From the NCBI GenBank assembly GCA_046704245.1, contig JBJKSD010000001.1, positions 2,993-66,992 on the forward strand: DNA of 64,000 bases, in the 5' to 3' direction. The notes beneath the pieces were generated by a model. The model made no database searches and was not told the DNA's origin. It saw only the letters and a program-made list of their open reading frames with translations. Source of the stretch: Bacilli bacterium. GTDB taxonomy: Bacteria; Bacillota_I; Bacilli_A; RF39; UBA660. A program made the position numbers and the translations under genes. Every line of letters starts with the position of its first letter. The first letter of the stretch is position 1. This document shows, one piece after another, positions 28,879 through 39,259 of the stretch.

Positions 28879-30354
28879 ATGGAAAAAATAGATATTATTA
28901 AGAGTATTGCTGAGCGAACTAATGGTGATATTTACTTAGGCGTAGTAGGAGCAGTAAGAACTGGTAAATCAACCTTTATTAAAAAATTTATGGAAAGTTT
29001 AGTCATTCCTAATATTGATAATGAGTTTGAACGTAAACGAGCTTTAGATGAAATACCACAAAGTGCTCAAGGTAAAACGATCATGACTACTGAACCTAAA
29101 TTTGTTCCTAATGTAGCAGCTAAGATAGCTATTGATGATTTTACAGCTAATATCCGATTAGTTGATTGTGTTGGATATGTTATACCAGGAGCTAAGGGTT
29201 ATGAAGATGAAAATGGTCCTAGAATGGTTAGAACACCTTGGTATGAAGATGAAGTACCATTTATTGAAGCAGCTGAAGTAGGTACTGAAAAAGTTATTAG
29301 AGATCATTCAACAATTGGTATTGTCGTAACTACTGATGGTTCAATAGGTGAAATACCAAGAAGTGATTATGTCGAAGCCGAAGAACGAGTAATTACTGAG
29401 CTAAAAGAAATAGGTAAACCTTTTATCGTCTTATTAAATTCTACTCACCCAATGTTACCTGAAACTGAACATATGGCTAACACTTTAAGAGAACAACATG
29501 ATGTTCCAGTTATACCAATAAGTATTGAAGCGATGAATGAAAAAGATATCTACAATATTCTAAAAGAAGCATTATATGAATTCCCAGTCTTAGAAGTAAA
29601 GGTTAATATGCCAGAATGGATCAGTGTTTTAAATCCAGAACATCAAATTAAAAAAATGTATGTTGAGAAAATAAAAGAGAGTGTTATTGAAGTTGATAAG
29701 TTAAGAGATATCGACAATATAACTAAACATTTCTTAGAAAATGAATTCATTAGTAAAGCTTATTTATCTGAAGTAAATGCTTCTACTGGTGACATAACTA
29801 TCAATTTACATGCTCCCAATAACCTATATAATGAAGCTTTAAAAGAAATAATTGGTATCAATGTTACTAATCGTGCTGAATTATTATCGTTATTCCAATC
29901 ATATAATGAAGCTAAAAGAGAATATGATCAAATTAAATATGCTCTTAAGATGGTAAAACAAACTGGTTATGGAGTAGCAGCACCAACTCTAGCTGATATG
30001 AAATTAGATAATCCAGAAATTATTCGCCAAGGATCTCGCTATGGTATCAAATTAAAAGCGGTTGCTCCAAGTATTCATATGATTAGAGTCGATGTTGAAA
30101 GTACTTTTGAACCTATTATAGGATCAGAAATGCAAAGTAAACAATTAATTGATTATCTAATGAAGAACTATGAACAAGATGCTTCTAATATATGGAAATC
30201 CGAAATATTTGGTCGCAGTTTAGATGTCTTAGTACAAGAAGGAATACAAGCAAAACTCTCATTAATGCCTGAAAATACTAGATATAAGCTTCAACGAACT
30301 TTAGCTAAAATAGTAAATAAAGGTTCGGGAAACTTAATTGCCATAATTTTATAG
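28879..30354 (+). CDS. spoIVA: Stage IV sporulation protein A (spore coat morphogenetic ATPase)
   Basis: 491 aa. MEKIDIIKSIAERTNGDIYLGVVGAVRTGKSTFIKKFME is nearly identical in pattern to B. subtilis SpoIVA. Walker A motif. Confidence 0.95.
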   Translation: MEKIDIIKSIAERTNGDIYLGVVGAVRTGKSTFIKKFMESLVIPNIDNEFERKRALDEIPQSAQGKTIMTTEPKFVPNVAAKIAIDDFTANIRLVDCVGYVIPGAKGYEDENGPRMVRTPWYEDEVPFIEAAEVGTEKVIRDHSTIGIVVTTDGSIGEIPRSDYVEAEERVITELKEIGKPFIVLLNSTHPMLPETEHMANTLREQHDVPVIPISIEAMNEKDIYNILKEALYEFPVLEVKVNMPEWISVLNPEHQIKKMYVEKIKESVIEVDKLRDIDNITKHFLENEFISKAYLSEVNASTGDITINLHAPNNLYNEALKEIIGINVTNRAELLSLFQSYNEAKREYDQIKYALKMVKQTGYGVAAPTLADMKLDNPEIIRQGSRYGIKLKAVAPSIHMIRVDVESTFEPIIGSEMQSKQLIDYLMKNYEQDASNIWKSEIFGRSLDVLVQEGIQAKLSLMPENTRYKLQRTLAKIVNKGSGNLIAIIL

Positions 30355-30476
30355 AAAAACGAGATATCTCGTTTTTTCTATTTTTTTCAAAAAACCATTG
30401 ATTTTATTGGAAAAAAGTGTTATTTTATATATGTAAGCATAGTATGCTTAATAGAAAAAATATGGGAGGTAAGAAT

Positions 30477-30749
30477 ATGACAAAAGCAGAATTAGTCGAA
30501 TTAATGGCAGCAGATGCTGGCCTTACAAAAGCTGATGCAGCACGTGCATTAGATGCATTTGTAAGTAGTGTTACAAAATCACTAAAGGGAGGAAAGAAAG
30601 TTACTTTAGTAGGATTTGGAACATTCGAAAGTCGTAGAAGAGGCGCACGTACAGGACGTAATCCTCAAACAGGCGCAACTGTTCAAATTGCTGCAAGAAA
30701 TGTTGTTGCATTCAAAGCAGGAAGCAAATTAAAAGAAGCAGTTAACTAA
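30477..30749 (+). CDS. hup: DNA-binding protein HU
   Basis: MTKAELVE...GFGTFE...RNPQTGA. GGGAGGT ribosome-binding site before the ATG at 30477. The track ORF 30417 extends upstream without a ribosome-binding site. Confidence 0.9.
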   Translation: MTKAELVELMAADAGLTKADAARALDAFVSSVTKSLKGGKKVTLVGFGTFESRRRGARTGRNPQTGATVQIAARNVVAFKAGSKLKEAVN

Positions 30750-30751
30750 TA

Positions 30752-30778
30752 AAAAAGCCCATGGGCTTTTTTTTATTG
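30752..30778 (+). terminator. Rho-independent terminator after hup
   Basis: AAAGCCCATGGGCTTTTTTTTATT. Confidence 0.7.
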
Positions 30779-30851
30779 AATAAGTCTTAAATATATGGTT
30801 AAGACTTTTTAATTTAAATAAAAGGTAGTATAATCTAAAGTAGGTGATAAT

Positions 30852-31940
30852 ATGTTAGATATAGCTATTGAAGTATTAAACATATTAGATAATCATAACT
30901 ATCAAGCATATATTGTTGGTGGTTTTGTTAGAGATTATTGTTTAAGTAAAATATCAGATGATATTGATATATGTACCAATGCTCATATTGATGATATAAA
31001 GAAGATATTTAATGATATTGTATCTGTTGATGAGATATATGGTGCTATTGTTATTAGATATAAAGATATAGATATAGAAATTACTACTTTTCGTAAAGAT
31101 ATATCGTATGAAAATAATCGTAAACCTACTATTGAATATGTTGATTCATTAAGAGAAGATATTACTAGAAGAGATTTTACTATCAATACTTTATGTATGG
31201 ATAAAGATCGTACTATTGTTGATCTATTAAATGGTATAGAGGATTTAGATAATCATTTAATTAGAAGTGTTGGTGATCCATATTTTAAAATGGCTGAGGA
31301 TAGTTTAAGAATATTAAGGGCCATTAGATTTGCAACAACCTTAAATTTTAATATTGATAAGCTATTAAAGAGTGCTATAATAGAACATAAAGATTTATTA
31401 AAGCATCTATCATATGAACGTAGAAGACAAGAATTAGATAGGATATTTGATAACCCTAATAATAGGTATGGAATTGAATTATTATTAGAATTAAAATTAG
31501 ATAAAGAACTATCTTTAAATAATTTAGCTAATGTTAATATTATTGATGATAAATTGGGTATATGGGCGCAAATAGAAGCCCCTTGGGAGTATTTTAATAA
31601 AGATGAGTTAAATACTATTAATAAGATAAAAGCATTGTTAAAAACTACTAATATTGATCGTTATACTTTATATAGATATGGCTTAGATTTAATAAAAGTA
31701 GTATATAATATTAAACATATTAATTATTATAATTTAGAAGAAGAATATAATTTAATCCCTATTAAAAGTAAAGCTGATATGAAGATGACTTTTAATGAAT
31801 TAAAGGATATATTAAATATTGATGATAATAAACAACTAGGAATAATATATAATGAATTAGAAAAATTAATTGTTTATGGTCAGTTAAATAATGATGCTAT
31901 AGATATTAAAAACTATATCTTAACTAAATATCAAAGATAG
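30852..31940 (+). CDS. cca: tRNA nucleotidyltransferase (CCA-adding enzyme), PolyA polymerase head-domain family
   Basis: GGFVRD....DIDI nucleotidyltransferase motif and RRDFTINT. Confidence 0.7.
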   Translation: MLDIAIEVLNILDNHNYQAYIVGGFVRDYCLSKISDDIDICTNAHIDDIKKIFNDIVSVDEIYGAIVIRYKDIDIEITTFRKDISYENNRKPTIEYVDSLREDITRRDFTINTLCMDKDRTIVDLLNGIEDLDNHLIRSVGDPYFKMAEDSLRILRAIRFATTLNFNIDKLLKSAIIEHKDLLKHLSYERRRQELDRIFDNPNNRYGIELLLELKLDKELSLNNLANVNIIDDKLGIWAQIEAPWEYFNKDELNTINKIKALLKTTNIDRYTLYRYGLDLIKVVYNIKHINYYNLEEEYNLIPIKSKADMKMTFNELKDILNIDDNKQLGIIYNELEKLIVYGQLNNDAIDIKNYILTKYQR

Positions 31941-31952
31941 GAGGGCTCAACT

Positions 31953-32609
31953 ATGAAAACTAATAATCTACTTGATATTATAAAAATGGGTAATATATCA
32001 ATATCTAAATTATTATTAAAGAACTATAAAAAGATAGGTCTTACTAGTGATGAATTTATCTTTTTAAGTTATTTAATGAATGAAGGTAATAATATTATCT
32101 TAAATATTGAAAAGATAGCTATTGATATGGGTTTAAATAATAATGAGGTATTAGGATTAATCCAAGGATTAAAAGATAAAGATATGATTGATGTTAAAGT
32201 TGATAAAGATCATAAAAAAGTAACTAATGAATATATATCGTTAGAATCCTTTTATAATAAAATATCGGTTTTATTATTAGAACATATAAATACTAATAAA
32301 AATAATAATAGTTATATCTTTGAAGCTTTTGAAAAAGAATTCGGGCGCACTTTATCACCAATGGAATATGAAATTATTAATGCTTGGATTGATAGTAATA
32401 TTAGTAATGAATTAATAATTGAAGCTTTAAAGGAAGCTACTTTTAATGGTGTAGCTAATCTTCGTTATATTGATAAAATTATCTATGAATGGAATAAGAA
32501 AGGTCTTAAAAATATAAATGATGTTAAAAAACATCATGTAGATCGAAAAAATAACAAAGATAAAGTAGAAGTATTTAGTTATAATTGGTTAGAAGAAGAT
32601 AATGAATAA
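31953..32609 (+). CDS. dnaD: DnaD-domain replication initiation / membrane attachment protein
   Basis: The DnaD C-terminal domain pattern (YEIINAWIDS...YIDKIIYEWNKKG). The order dnaD then nth matches Bacillus. Confidence 0.6.
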   Translation: MKTNNLLDIIKMGNISISKLLLKNYKKIGLTSDEFIFLSYLMNEGNNIILNIEKIAIDMGLNNNEVLGLIQGLKDKDMIDVKVDKDHKKVTNEYISLESFYNKISVLLLEHINTNKNNNSYIFEAFEKEFGRTLSPMEYEIINAWIDSNISNELIIEALKEATFNGVANLRYIDKIIYEWNKKGLKNINDVKKHHVDRKNNKDKVEVFSYNWLEEDNE

Positions 32610-33225
32610 AAAAATAGATGTCATATTAAATACCTTAGATAGGTTATATCCTAATCCTAAATGTGAATTAAATTATCATCAAGATTATGAATTATTGATG
32701 GCTGTAGTATTGAGTAGTCAAACTACTGATAAGAGAGTCAATGAAGTAACTAAAGAGTTATTTACTAAATACCCTAATCTAAAGAAGTTAAAATGCGCTA
32801 AATTAAGTGATTTAGAACACATTTTAAGACCTATTGGTACTTTTCATAAGAAAGCTATCTTTATAAAAGATATAGCTACTATCTTAGATGAGAAATATCA
32901 TGGCGTTGTGCCTTCAAATAGAGCCATTTTAGAGACTTTACCAGGAGTAGGTAGAAAGACTGCCAGCGTTGTCTTAAGTGTCTTATACAACGAGCCTTGT
33001 ATTGCTGTCGATACCCATGTAGCTAGAGTATCTAAACGATTAAAATTAGCTAATAAAAAAGATAATGTCAAACAAATAGAACATAAATTAATGAAATTAA
33101 TAGCTAAAGATAAATGGTCTAGAAGTCATCATCAATTGGTTTTATTTGGTAGATATCATTGTAAAGCTATTAAACCCGAATGTTCTAACTGTTATCTAAA
33201 AGATATATGCCAAAAAAAAGAGTAA
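32602..33225 (+). CDS. nth: Endonuclease III
   Basis: HhH-GPD motif LPGVGRKTASVV and a C-terminal Fe-S cluster motif C-x6-C-x2-C-x5-C. Confidence 0.9.
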   Translation: MNKKIDVILNTLDRLYPNPKCELNYHQDYELLMAVVLSSQTTDKRVNEVTKELFTKYPNLKKLKCAKLSDLEHILRPIGTFHKKAIFIKDIATILDEKYHGVVPSNRAILETLPGVGRKTASVVLSVLYNEPCIAVDTHVARVSKRLKLANKKDNVKQIEHKLMKLIAKDKWSRSHHQLVLFGRYHCKAIKPECSNCYLKDICQKKE

Positions 33226-33239
33226 TAATTACTCTTTTT

Positions 33240-36119
33240 TTATTCTAAGGCTTCAACTATTATTACTCTATTAATTGAATCAGTAAAGGTTTTATATTCT
33301 ATATTATAAGTTATTTGGAATGTTTCTGGTACTGATGTATCAATAGCTTCAACTATTGAATTGTTAGATAACTTAGTAATTGTTTTCGTAATAGTAGCTT
33401 GATCAGTAACATTAATAGCATCTTCTAAAACAATTACTTGTGGTGAAAAATCAGTATAAGTACTACCAACTGTTATATTAACGACAGCATCTCCATATAA
33501 TTCTGCTGTTACTACTGGAGCAGGTATATCAGCCGTAATAGTAATCTCACTACCATCACTTTGATTATTTTTCATAATTGAATATCCAGTCTTTACTACA
33601 TATGTTTTTGAATCATCAGTAGCCGCTTCACTAAAAGTATTATTTTCAGTAAAAGCGATAAAAGTTAATTCGCCAGTAGTAGCATCTTTACTATATATAT
33701 TATATCCTATCTTACCTAAAGCACTATCATTATAAGCTTTATATTTAGTTAAATACTTATTAGTATATTTACCATAGAATGATTGATAATTTTTAGTAAA
33801 ATACTCGTCAGTTAGATAACTAGGGGTACTTACTTTATCCCATGTCAATACATAACTATTAGTAGTACTATTATAAGTAGCATCTAAGTTTTTAACATTC
33901 TCCGTTAGTTTATTAAATCGTGGTGATATTTCAGTAGGTTCAGTACCCTTTTTAAAGTATTCATAAGTAATCATATCTTTAGGTGTATACTCACTAGGTA
34001 ACATAGCTGGAATCGTTTCGTCTTCAACTTTTACCCTAACAACACTATTAGGTACGGGGAACTTTTTATTATTCTTTTCAAAAATACCAGGTGCTATTGC
34101 TTTAAACAATCTAGTTCTTTGAGTAAAAGCAATATTAGTAGTATTGTAATATTTATTAGATATTTTTTCATACCCATACCAGAAGGATACAACATAATCC
34201 GGATTAAAACCAACTACCCAAGCATCGTTAGTAGCAGCAGCAGGGAGTTTATATGCTTGTTTAGTTTTATCATCAAAGTTAGTTGTCCCAGATTTAGCAG
34301 CATAATTATAACCTGATATTTTAAGATTGTGGTTAAATCCCGTTTCGACAGACCCATATAAAATATCAGCTAACATAAAGGCTGTCGAATCACTCATAAC
34401 TCTTTCTTTCTTTGGTTTAAATTCGGTTGTAGCACCAGTATCGCGATATTCAATCTTGCTGACACTATAAGGTTCAGTATAATAGCCACCATTACCAATA
34501 GTTGCATATGCACCCGCTAATTCAACTGGAGAACTACCATTATATCCTCCAATAGCATGAGCTTCATGAAGGCTACCACCATCAACTTCTGGTTTTAAAC
34601 CAACATTTTGAACAAAATCAATAATATTTTTCTTATCCACTTGTTTAAAAGCTCTTAGAGCTGGAATATTACGAGATTGATCTAAAGCATCTCGCATAGT
34701 CATAAGCCCCATATATTTACCATCCCAGTTACCAATTGGTTTACCATTACTATAAGTGGTAGGTTCATCTAAGAATGGGGTATAAGTAGACCAATTATTA
34801 TATTCCATGCCTGGACCATAATCAAAGAATGGTTTAACACTAGATCCCGGTTGTCTATTTATCATGGTTGCATAATTATAACTACGTTCACCCTCAATAT
34901 TACGTCCTGCCCCAACGGCTAATATTTTAGCATCGTCAGTACTTAAGACAGCAATACCAGTTTGAACAACATCGTTAATAAATTTAAAACTTTCACTATT
35001 AATAATAGCATTTATATGATCTTGTTTTTTAGCATCCATATTACTATATATTTTCATTGGTGTATTATATGGATTATAACCTGTTTTTCTAATAATTTCT
35101 TCGACAACAGTATTAATATATCCTTGATATTTTTCGGCTGTCTTAGTTGTTTTATTTTCTTTTAATAATGATTTAATAGGAATACTATTAGCGATCTTTT
35201 CTTCTTCAGCACTAATATAACCATGTTTTTTCATTAAATATAAAACTGTTTTTCTTCTCTCGGTTGCTTTATCAGGATTAAGTAATGGATCATAAGCCCC
35301 TGGTGCTTGAAACATTCCAGCAATTAAACTAGCTTCAGCTAAATTGATATTTTTAACTGATTTACCAAAGTAAGTACGACTGGCTTGTTCAACCCCATAT
35401 GAACTACTTCCAAGATAAGGAATATTAACATAGAATTCTAATATTTGCTCTTTAGTATAATTTTTTTCTAATTTAAAAATTGATAGATAAATATCGGTAA
35501 ATTTTCTTAATATTGATTGATCAGTCGAAGTAAAATTATTTTTAACAACTTGCATTGATATTGTAGAAGCTCCACCAGCACTACGATTACCAGTTGCTTG
35601 CCCAATACTAGCCATTAAAAAACGGGGTAGATCAAATCCATTATGTTGATAATACCTAGCGTCTTCAGTAGCAATAATAGCATCAATCAATACTTGAGGT
35701 AGATCATCATAAGATATTTTTTCTCTCTTTTCAGTACCTAATTTAGCAATTGTATTATTTTCACTATCATAGATAATAGTTGCTTCTTTTTTATATAGAT
35801 TTTCTGGTTTAAAGTTTGGAGCATTTTCAACAACGTAGAAAATAAAAGCTCCTGAAAAAATAATGCCTAATATACCAAATAAAGAGACAAATATTAACAG
35901 ATAATTTCTTAATCGCTTTCTACCTTTTTTAGTTTTTTTACTCTTTTTAACAAACTTTGACATTAACAAGATAATTAACGCTAAAATAATAAGAATAGTT
36001 GTACCTAAGGTACCAATAGTTAATGCCGATACTATAATCGTAATTAATACTAATAAGATAACTAATAGTGGTGTGTTTTTCTTAAGCAACTTTCTTAGTT
36101 TCTTTCTTAAATTCTTCAC
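33240..36119 (-). CDS. ponA: Class A penicillin-binding protein 1A (transglycosylase/transpeptidase) with a long C-terminal extension
   Basis: Glycosyltransferase motifs (EDARYYQHNG, RKFTDIY). Transpeptidase motifs SSVKP (the SxxK active site; fuller segment GSSVKPFFDYGPG) and KSGTT. Confidence 0.9.
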   Translation of the reverse strand: MKNLRKKLRKLLKKNTPLLVILLVLITIIVSALTIGTLGTTILIILALIILLMSKFVKKSKKTKKGRKRLRNYLLIFVSLFGILGIIFSGAFIFYVVENAPNFKPENLYKKEATIIYDSENNTIAKLGTEKREKISYDDLPQVLIDAIIATEDARYYQHNGFDLPRFLMASIGQATGNRSAGGASTISMQVVKNNFTSTDQSILRKFTDIYLSIFKLEKNYTKEQILEFYVNIPYLGSSSYGVEQASRTYFGKSVKNINLAEASLIAGMFQAPGAYDPLLNPDKATERRKTVLYLMKKHGYISAEEEKIANSIPIKSLLKENKTTKTAEKYQGYINTVVEEIIRKTGYNPYNTPMKIYSNMDAKKQDHINAIINSESFKFINDVVQTGIAVLSTDDAKILAVGAGRNIEGERSYNYATMINRQPGSSVKPFFDYGPGMEYNNWSTYTPFLDEPTTYSNGKPIGNWDGKYMGLMTMRDALDQSRNIPALRAFKQVDKKNIIDFVQNVGLKPEVDGGSLHEAHAIGGYNGSSPVELAGAYATIGNGGYYTEPYSVSKIEYRDTGATTEFKPKKERVMSDSTAFMLADILYGSVETGFNHNLKISGYNYAAKSGTTNFDDKTKQAYKLPAAATNDAWVVGFNPDYVVSFWYGYEKISNKYYNTTNIAFTQRTRLFKAIAPGIFEKNNKKFPVPNSVVRVKVEDETIPAMLPSEYTPKDMITYEYFKKGTEPTEISPRFNKLTENVKNLDATYNSTTNSYVLTWDKVSTPSYLTDEYFTKNYQSFYGKYTNKYLTKYKAYNDSALGKIGYNIYSKDATTGELTFIAFTENNTFSEAATDDSKTYVVKTGYSIMKNNQSDGSEITITADIPAPVVTAELYGDAVVNITVGSTYTDFSPQVIVLEDAINVTDQATITKTITKLSNNSIVEAIDTSVPETFQITYNIEYKTFTDSINRVIIVEALE

Positions 36120-36693
36120 TTATATCGCCTCCAAAAAATACTTGATCAATTATATCTAAATATTCTAATCTAGGATTATACTTTTCTGTTATTACATATG
36201 CATGATTAGAAAAAAAAGAAATAGGGATAGAATTTTTATTATCATTAATAAAAGCAATAATATCTTCACCTTTAATAAGATAAGTCTTATTTAAACTTGA
36301 AAACTTTACTATTAAAAAAGATATACCCCCATGATTAATAATATTTCTAATATGTTCTATTTGATGACCATGAATATTAGCTAGAGGAAATAAACGTTTT
36401 TTTCTAGTTTCTTTAGCTTCAAAATCAATATATTTACCTCTATATAATCCATTGTAATCAGTAGTCGAAGGAACCTTAAAATAAGCTTCCTTTATTAACT
36501 TACCTTTTTTAGCATAAGCTACTTTAGTTACTTGAATCGGTGTTGGTTTCTTATAGATAATAGCTCTATCAATATTACGATAATATTCATTTGATAGATT
36601 AATATCTTTCTCTAATGACATACCTCGATTACCGTAATTAGTAACATTACGGGTTTCTCCATTTCGACCATCTGGATACCTCATGGAAATCAC
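36082..36693 (-). CDS. recU: Holliday junction resolvase RecU
   Basis: 203 aa. The RecU fold and its position immediately upstream of ponA with a 38-nt overlap, as in the Bacillus recU-ponA operon. Confidence 0.8.
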   Translation of the reverse strand: MISMRYPDGRNGETRNVTNYGNRGMSLEKDINLSNEYYRNIDRAIIYKKPTPIQVTKVAYAKKGKLIKEAYFKVPSTTDYNGLYRGKYIDFEAKETRKKRLFPLANIHGHQIEHIRNIINHGGISFLIVKFSSLNKTYLIKGEDIIAFINDNKNSIPISFFSNHAYVITEKYNPRLEYLDIIDQVFFGGDISEEFKKETKKVA

Positions 36694-36957
36694 CTATTGT
36701 CATTATACTATAAATATCTTAATTTTTCTATAAGTAATTCATTTATCTTTTAATGACTTCTTTTGTCGAAACTAATGCACAATATGTATATAAGTGATAT
36801 TGTATATTAGAGGAGAAACCATATGAATGATATCGCCCACATTTCCGTTGTATTTGATGAAATGCTTGCTAATATTCGTTATCTTAAATTAATTACTTAT
36901 CATTTTAAACGCAAGAAAAAATAAATACTTTCATATAGTTAATAAGGAGATAATTAT

Positions 36958-37248
36958 ATGGAAGATCTTTTAAGTCGGGTTGTTTTAAATAATAATATTA
37001 TTGGGCTATCTATTGTTTTGGTAGTATTAGGTAAAGCTTTAAAAAATAGTCCTAAAATACCAAGCTATTTAATTCTATGGATATTAATAGGAATAGGGGC
37101 TTTTTTAAGCTTATTATTAAATTTTTCAATCGAGGGTTTAATTGAAGGTTTTATTGCTGTAAGTCTGGCTAATACCTATCATCAAACCTTTAAACAGACT
37201 AGGGAAATGGTTAGGGGTATTTCTCGAACTAAAGCAAAAGTTCATTGA
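36958..37248 (+). CDS. Small holin-like membrane protein
   Basis: 96 aa with two transmembrane helices and a charged C-terminus. GGAG ribosome-binding site. Confidence 0.35.
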   Translation: MEDLLSRVVLNNNIIGLSIVLVVLGKALKNSPKIPSYLILWILIGIGAFLSLLLNFSIEGLIEGFIAVSLANTYHQTFKQTREMVRGISRTKAKVH

Positions 37249-37296
37249 CAAAATGCGATTTTTTTGGCACAATATATACAGAGTGAGGTGGAATAG

Positions 37297-37620
37297 ATGT
37301 ATCAAGATAAGATAATTTTGACACCCCAAGATATATTGGAAAAAGAATTTAAAATTGATACACGTGGTTACCGTCTTAAAGAAGTAGATAAATTTCTCGA
37401 TCTAATTATTAGAGATTATGAACAATTTATCGATATGATTGAAAAATTAGAAATTGAGAAAAAAGAACTTCTGGAAGAAAATCTTCGCCTTAAAACGGAA
37501 TTTCGTAATATTAAAATGGATATGGAAATAGCAAGACAAGGCGAAAAGGAAGTAACTAATGTTGATATATTAAGACGACTATCTCACTTAGAAAAAATTG
37601 TATATGGAAAAGATGAATAA
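37297..37620 (+). CDS. gpsB: Cell-cycle protein GpsB (DivIVA-domain)
   Basis: LTPQDILEKEFKIDTRGYRLKEVDKFLDLIIRDYE is the GpsB/DivIVA N-terminal domain. The gene is followed by rnpB, as in B. subtilis. Confidence 0.85.
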   Translation: MYQDKIILTPQDILEKEFKIDTRGYRLKEVDKFLDLIIRDYEQFIDMIEKLEIEKKELLEENLRLKTEFRNIKMDMEIARQGEKEVTNVDILRRLSHLEKIVYGKDE

Positions 37621-37624
37621 CAAT

Positions 37625-37985
37625 ATTTAGGCAAACGCTGTATACTTGTTATATAGAGGAAAGTCCATGCTCGCACAGACTGTGATGTCTGTAGTGTTTG
37701 TGCCTAGGGAAACAATAACCTAGGGTAGTAATACTAACGGCTCCTAATAAACCTAAGTCTTAGATATGGTTTATTGGTATAAAAGTGCCACAGAGACGAA
37801 TTATCTTAGAAATAAGATAAATGAAACGTTGGTAAACCCCACAAGCGAGAAACCCAAATTTGGTAGGGGAACTCTCATGAAGAAACAGAACGAATTGAGG
37901 GATGAATGTATAATTCATAGATAAATGTTTGCCACCTCTTTGGAGGGACAGAACATGGCTTATAAATGTTGTTATTTTAATTTTA
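37625..37985 (+). ncRNA. rnpB: RNase P RNA, Bacillus type (type B)
   Basis: Conserved P4 strand GAGGAAAGTCCATGCTCGCAC. AGTGCCACAGAGACGAA. GGTAAACCCCACAAGCGAGAAACCCAAATTTGGTAGGGGAAC. 3' region ACAGAACATGGCTTA. The ends are approximate, within about 10 nt. Confidence 0.85.
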
Positions 37986-38000
37986 TAAGAAGGTGTTAAA

Positions 38001-38489
38001 TTGAAAGATTTAGGACAGAAGTTAAAGGAGACTAGAGAAAAGAGTGGCGTCAGTATTGAAGAAGCTGCTGAAGATTTAAATATTCGAGCTAGTCAGTTAG
38101 AAAATATTGAAGAAGGTAATATTAAAGCCTTTAAAGATGTTTTCTATCTAAAATATTTTATTAGAGATTATGCTAAATATTTAGGTCTTGATTTTGATAA
38201 ACTAGTCGATGAGTTCAATGATTTTCTTTTTGACTATACTTCAAAGATACCAGTAGATGCTATTAAGGGAGCTAATGAAAAACAAAAGACGGAAAAGAAA
38301 AAAATTACTTCCCCATATACCTTAAATAAGAAGAGAAGTTTTATGTTACCACCTAAGTATTTTTATCTTATTATCTTTATTCTAATAGCTTTAATTCTAT
38401 ACTTGCTTATTAATTATTATGGGAAAGATCAATTTAAAAGCCCTGAATTATCAATAATTAAAAATTATGAAGAAGTAGTGGAGGTATAA
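38001..38489 (+). CDS. rodZ: RodZ-like cytoskeleton protein; N-terminal HTH plus a transmembrane segment, short form
   Basis: LGQKLKETREKSGVSIEEAAEDLNIRASQLENIEEG is an XRE-type HTH as in RodZ. It has one transmembrane segment near the C-terminus. TTG start. Confidence 0.5.
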   Translation: MKDLGQKLKETREKSGVSIEEAAEDLNIRASQLENIEEGNIKAFKDVFYLKYFIRDYAKYLGLDFDKLVDEFNDFLFDYTSKIPVDAIKGANEKQKTEKKKITSPYTLNKKRSFMLPPKYFYLIIFILIALILYLLINYYGKDQFKSPELSIIKNYEEVVEV

Positions 38490-38492
38490 ACT

Positions 38493-39089
38493 ATGAAAAT
38501 GAATTTACCAAATAAGTTAACAATGCTTAGGTTAATATTAACTGTTGTTATAATCTTTATCTTATTATTTCCGTTCTATTCAATTAATGTAACTTTTCCC
38601 ACCTATAAAGTAAATACTATTTTAGTTGATAGTAAATATGTATTAGCAGGTATCCTATTTATGATAGCATCAATTACTGATTACTTTGATGGTTATATAG
38701 CTAAAAAATATAATCTTATCACTGACTTTGGCAAGATGATAGATTCAATTGCTGATAAAGTATTAGTTAATTCTGTTCTCATTATCTTAAGTGCTCAAGG
38801 TTTTATTCATCCGATTATTCCAGTTGTTATTATCGTTAGAGATAGTATTACTAATGCCATTAAAATGATTTCAGGTAACAAAGGAAAAGTAATATCAGCT
38901 ATTCAAACAGGTAGAGTAAAAGCTGCTTGTTTAATGATAGGTATTATCTTAATGTTATTCTACAATTTACCTTTTGAATTATATAATTTAAAAGTAGCTG
39001 ACTTCTTATTAATCTTAGCTACTATCTTATCAATCATTTCAGGCATTCAATACTACATGATGAATAAACACTTAATATTTGAAAAATAA
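38493..39089 (+). CDS. pgsA: CDP-diacylglycerol--glycerol-3-phosphate 3-phosphatidyltransferase
   Basis: NKLTMLRL and the CDP-alcohol phosphatidyltransferase motif DYFDGYIAKK...G...DSIADK. Confidence 0.85.
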   Translation: MKMNLPNKLTMLRLILTVVIIFILLFPFYSINVTFPTYKVNTILVDSKYVLAGILFMIASITDYFDGYIAKKYNLITDFGKMIDSIADKVLVNSVLIILSAQGFIHPIIPVVIIVRDSITNAIKMISGNKGKVISAIQTGRVKAACLMIGIILMLFYNLPFELYNLKVADFLLILATILSIISGIQYYMMNKHLIFEK

Positions 39090-39117
39090 TAAAAAATAAA
39101 AGTATTAAAAATAAAGA

Positions 39118-39150
39118 TTAAAAACTCTTATTATTGATAAGAGTTTTTAT
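39118..39150 (+). terminator. Rho-independent terminator after pgsA
   Basis: AAAACTCTTATtattgATAAGAGTTTTTATTTTTT. Confidence 0.7.
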
Positions 39151-39259
39151 TTTTTAGTTAACATTTATATACAAAATTAATCAAACAAACGTTCGTTTTG
39201 CTATTGCTTTTTTAATTGGTTTAGTATACAATGAATATATAATGATATGGAGGTAAACA

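Noticed and set aside
30380-30476. A SigmaA promoter for hup (TTGATT ... TATATAT).
   Set aside because: Several overlapping weak -10 candidates and ambiguous spacing, so it is too uncertain to list as a feature.
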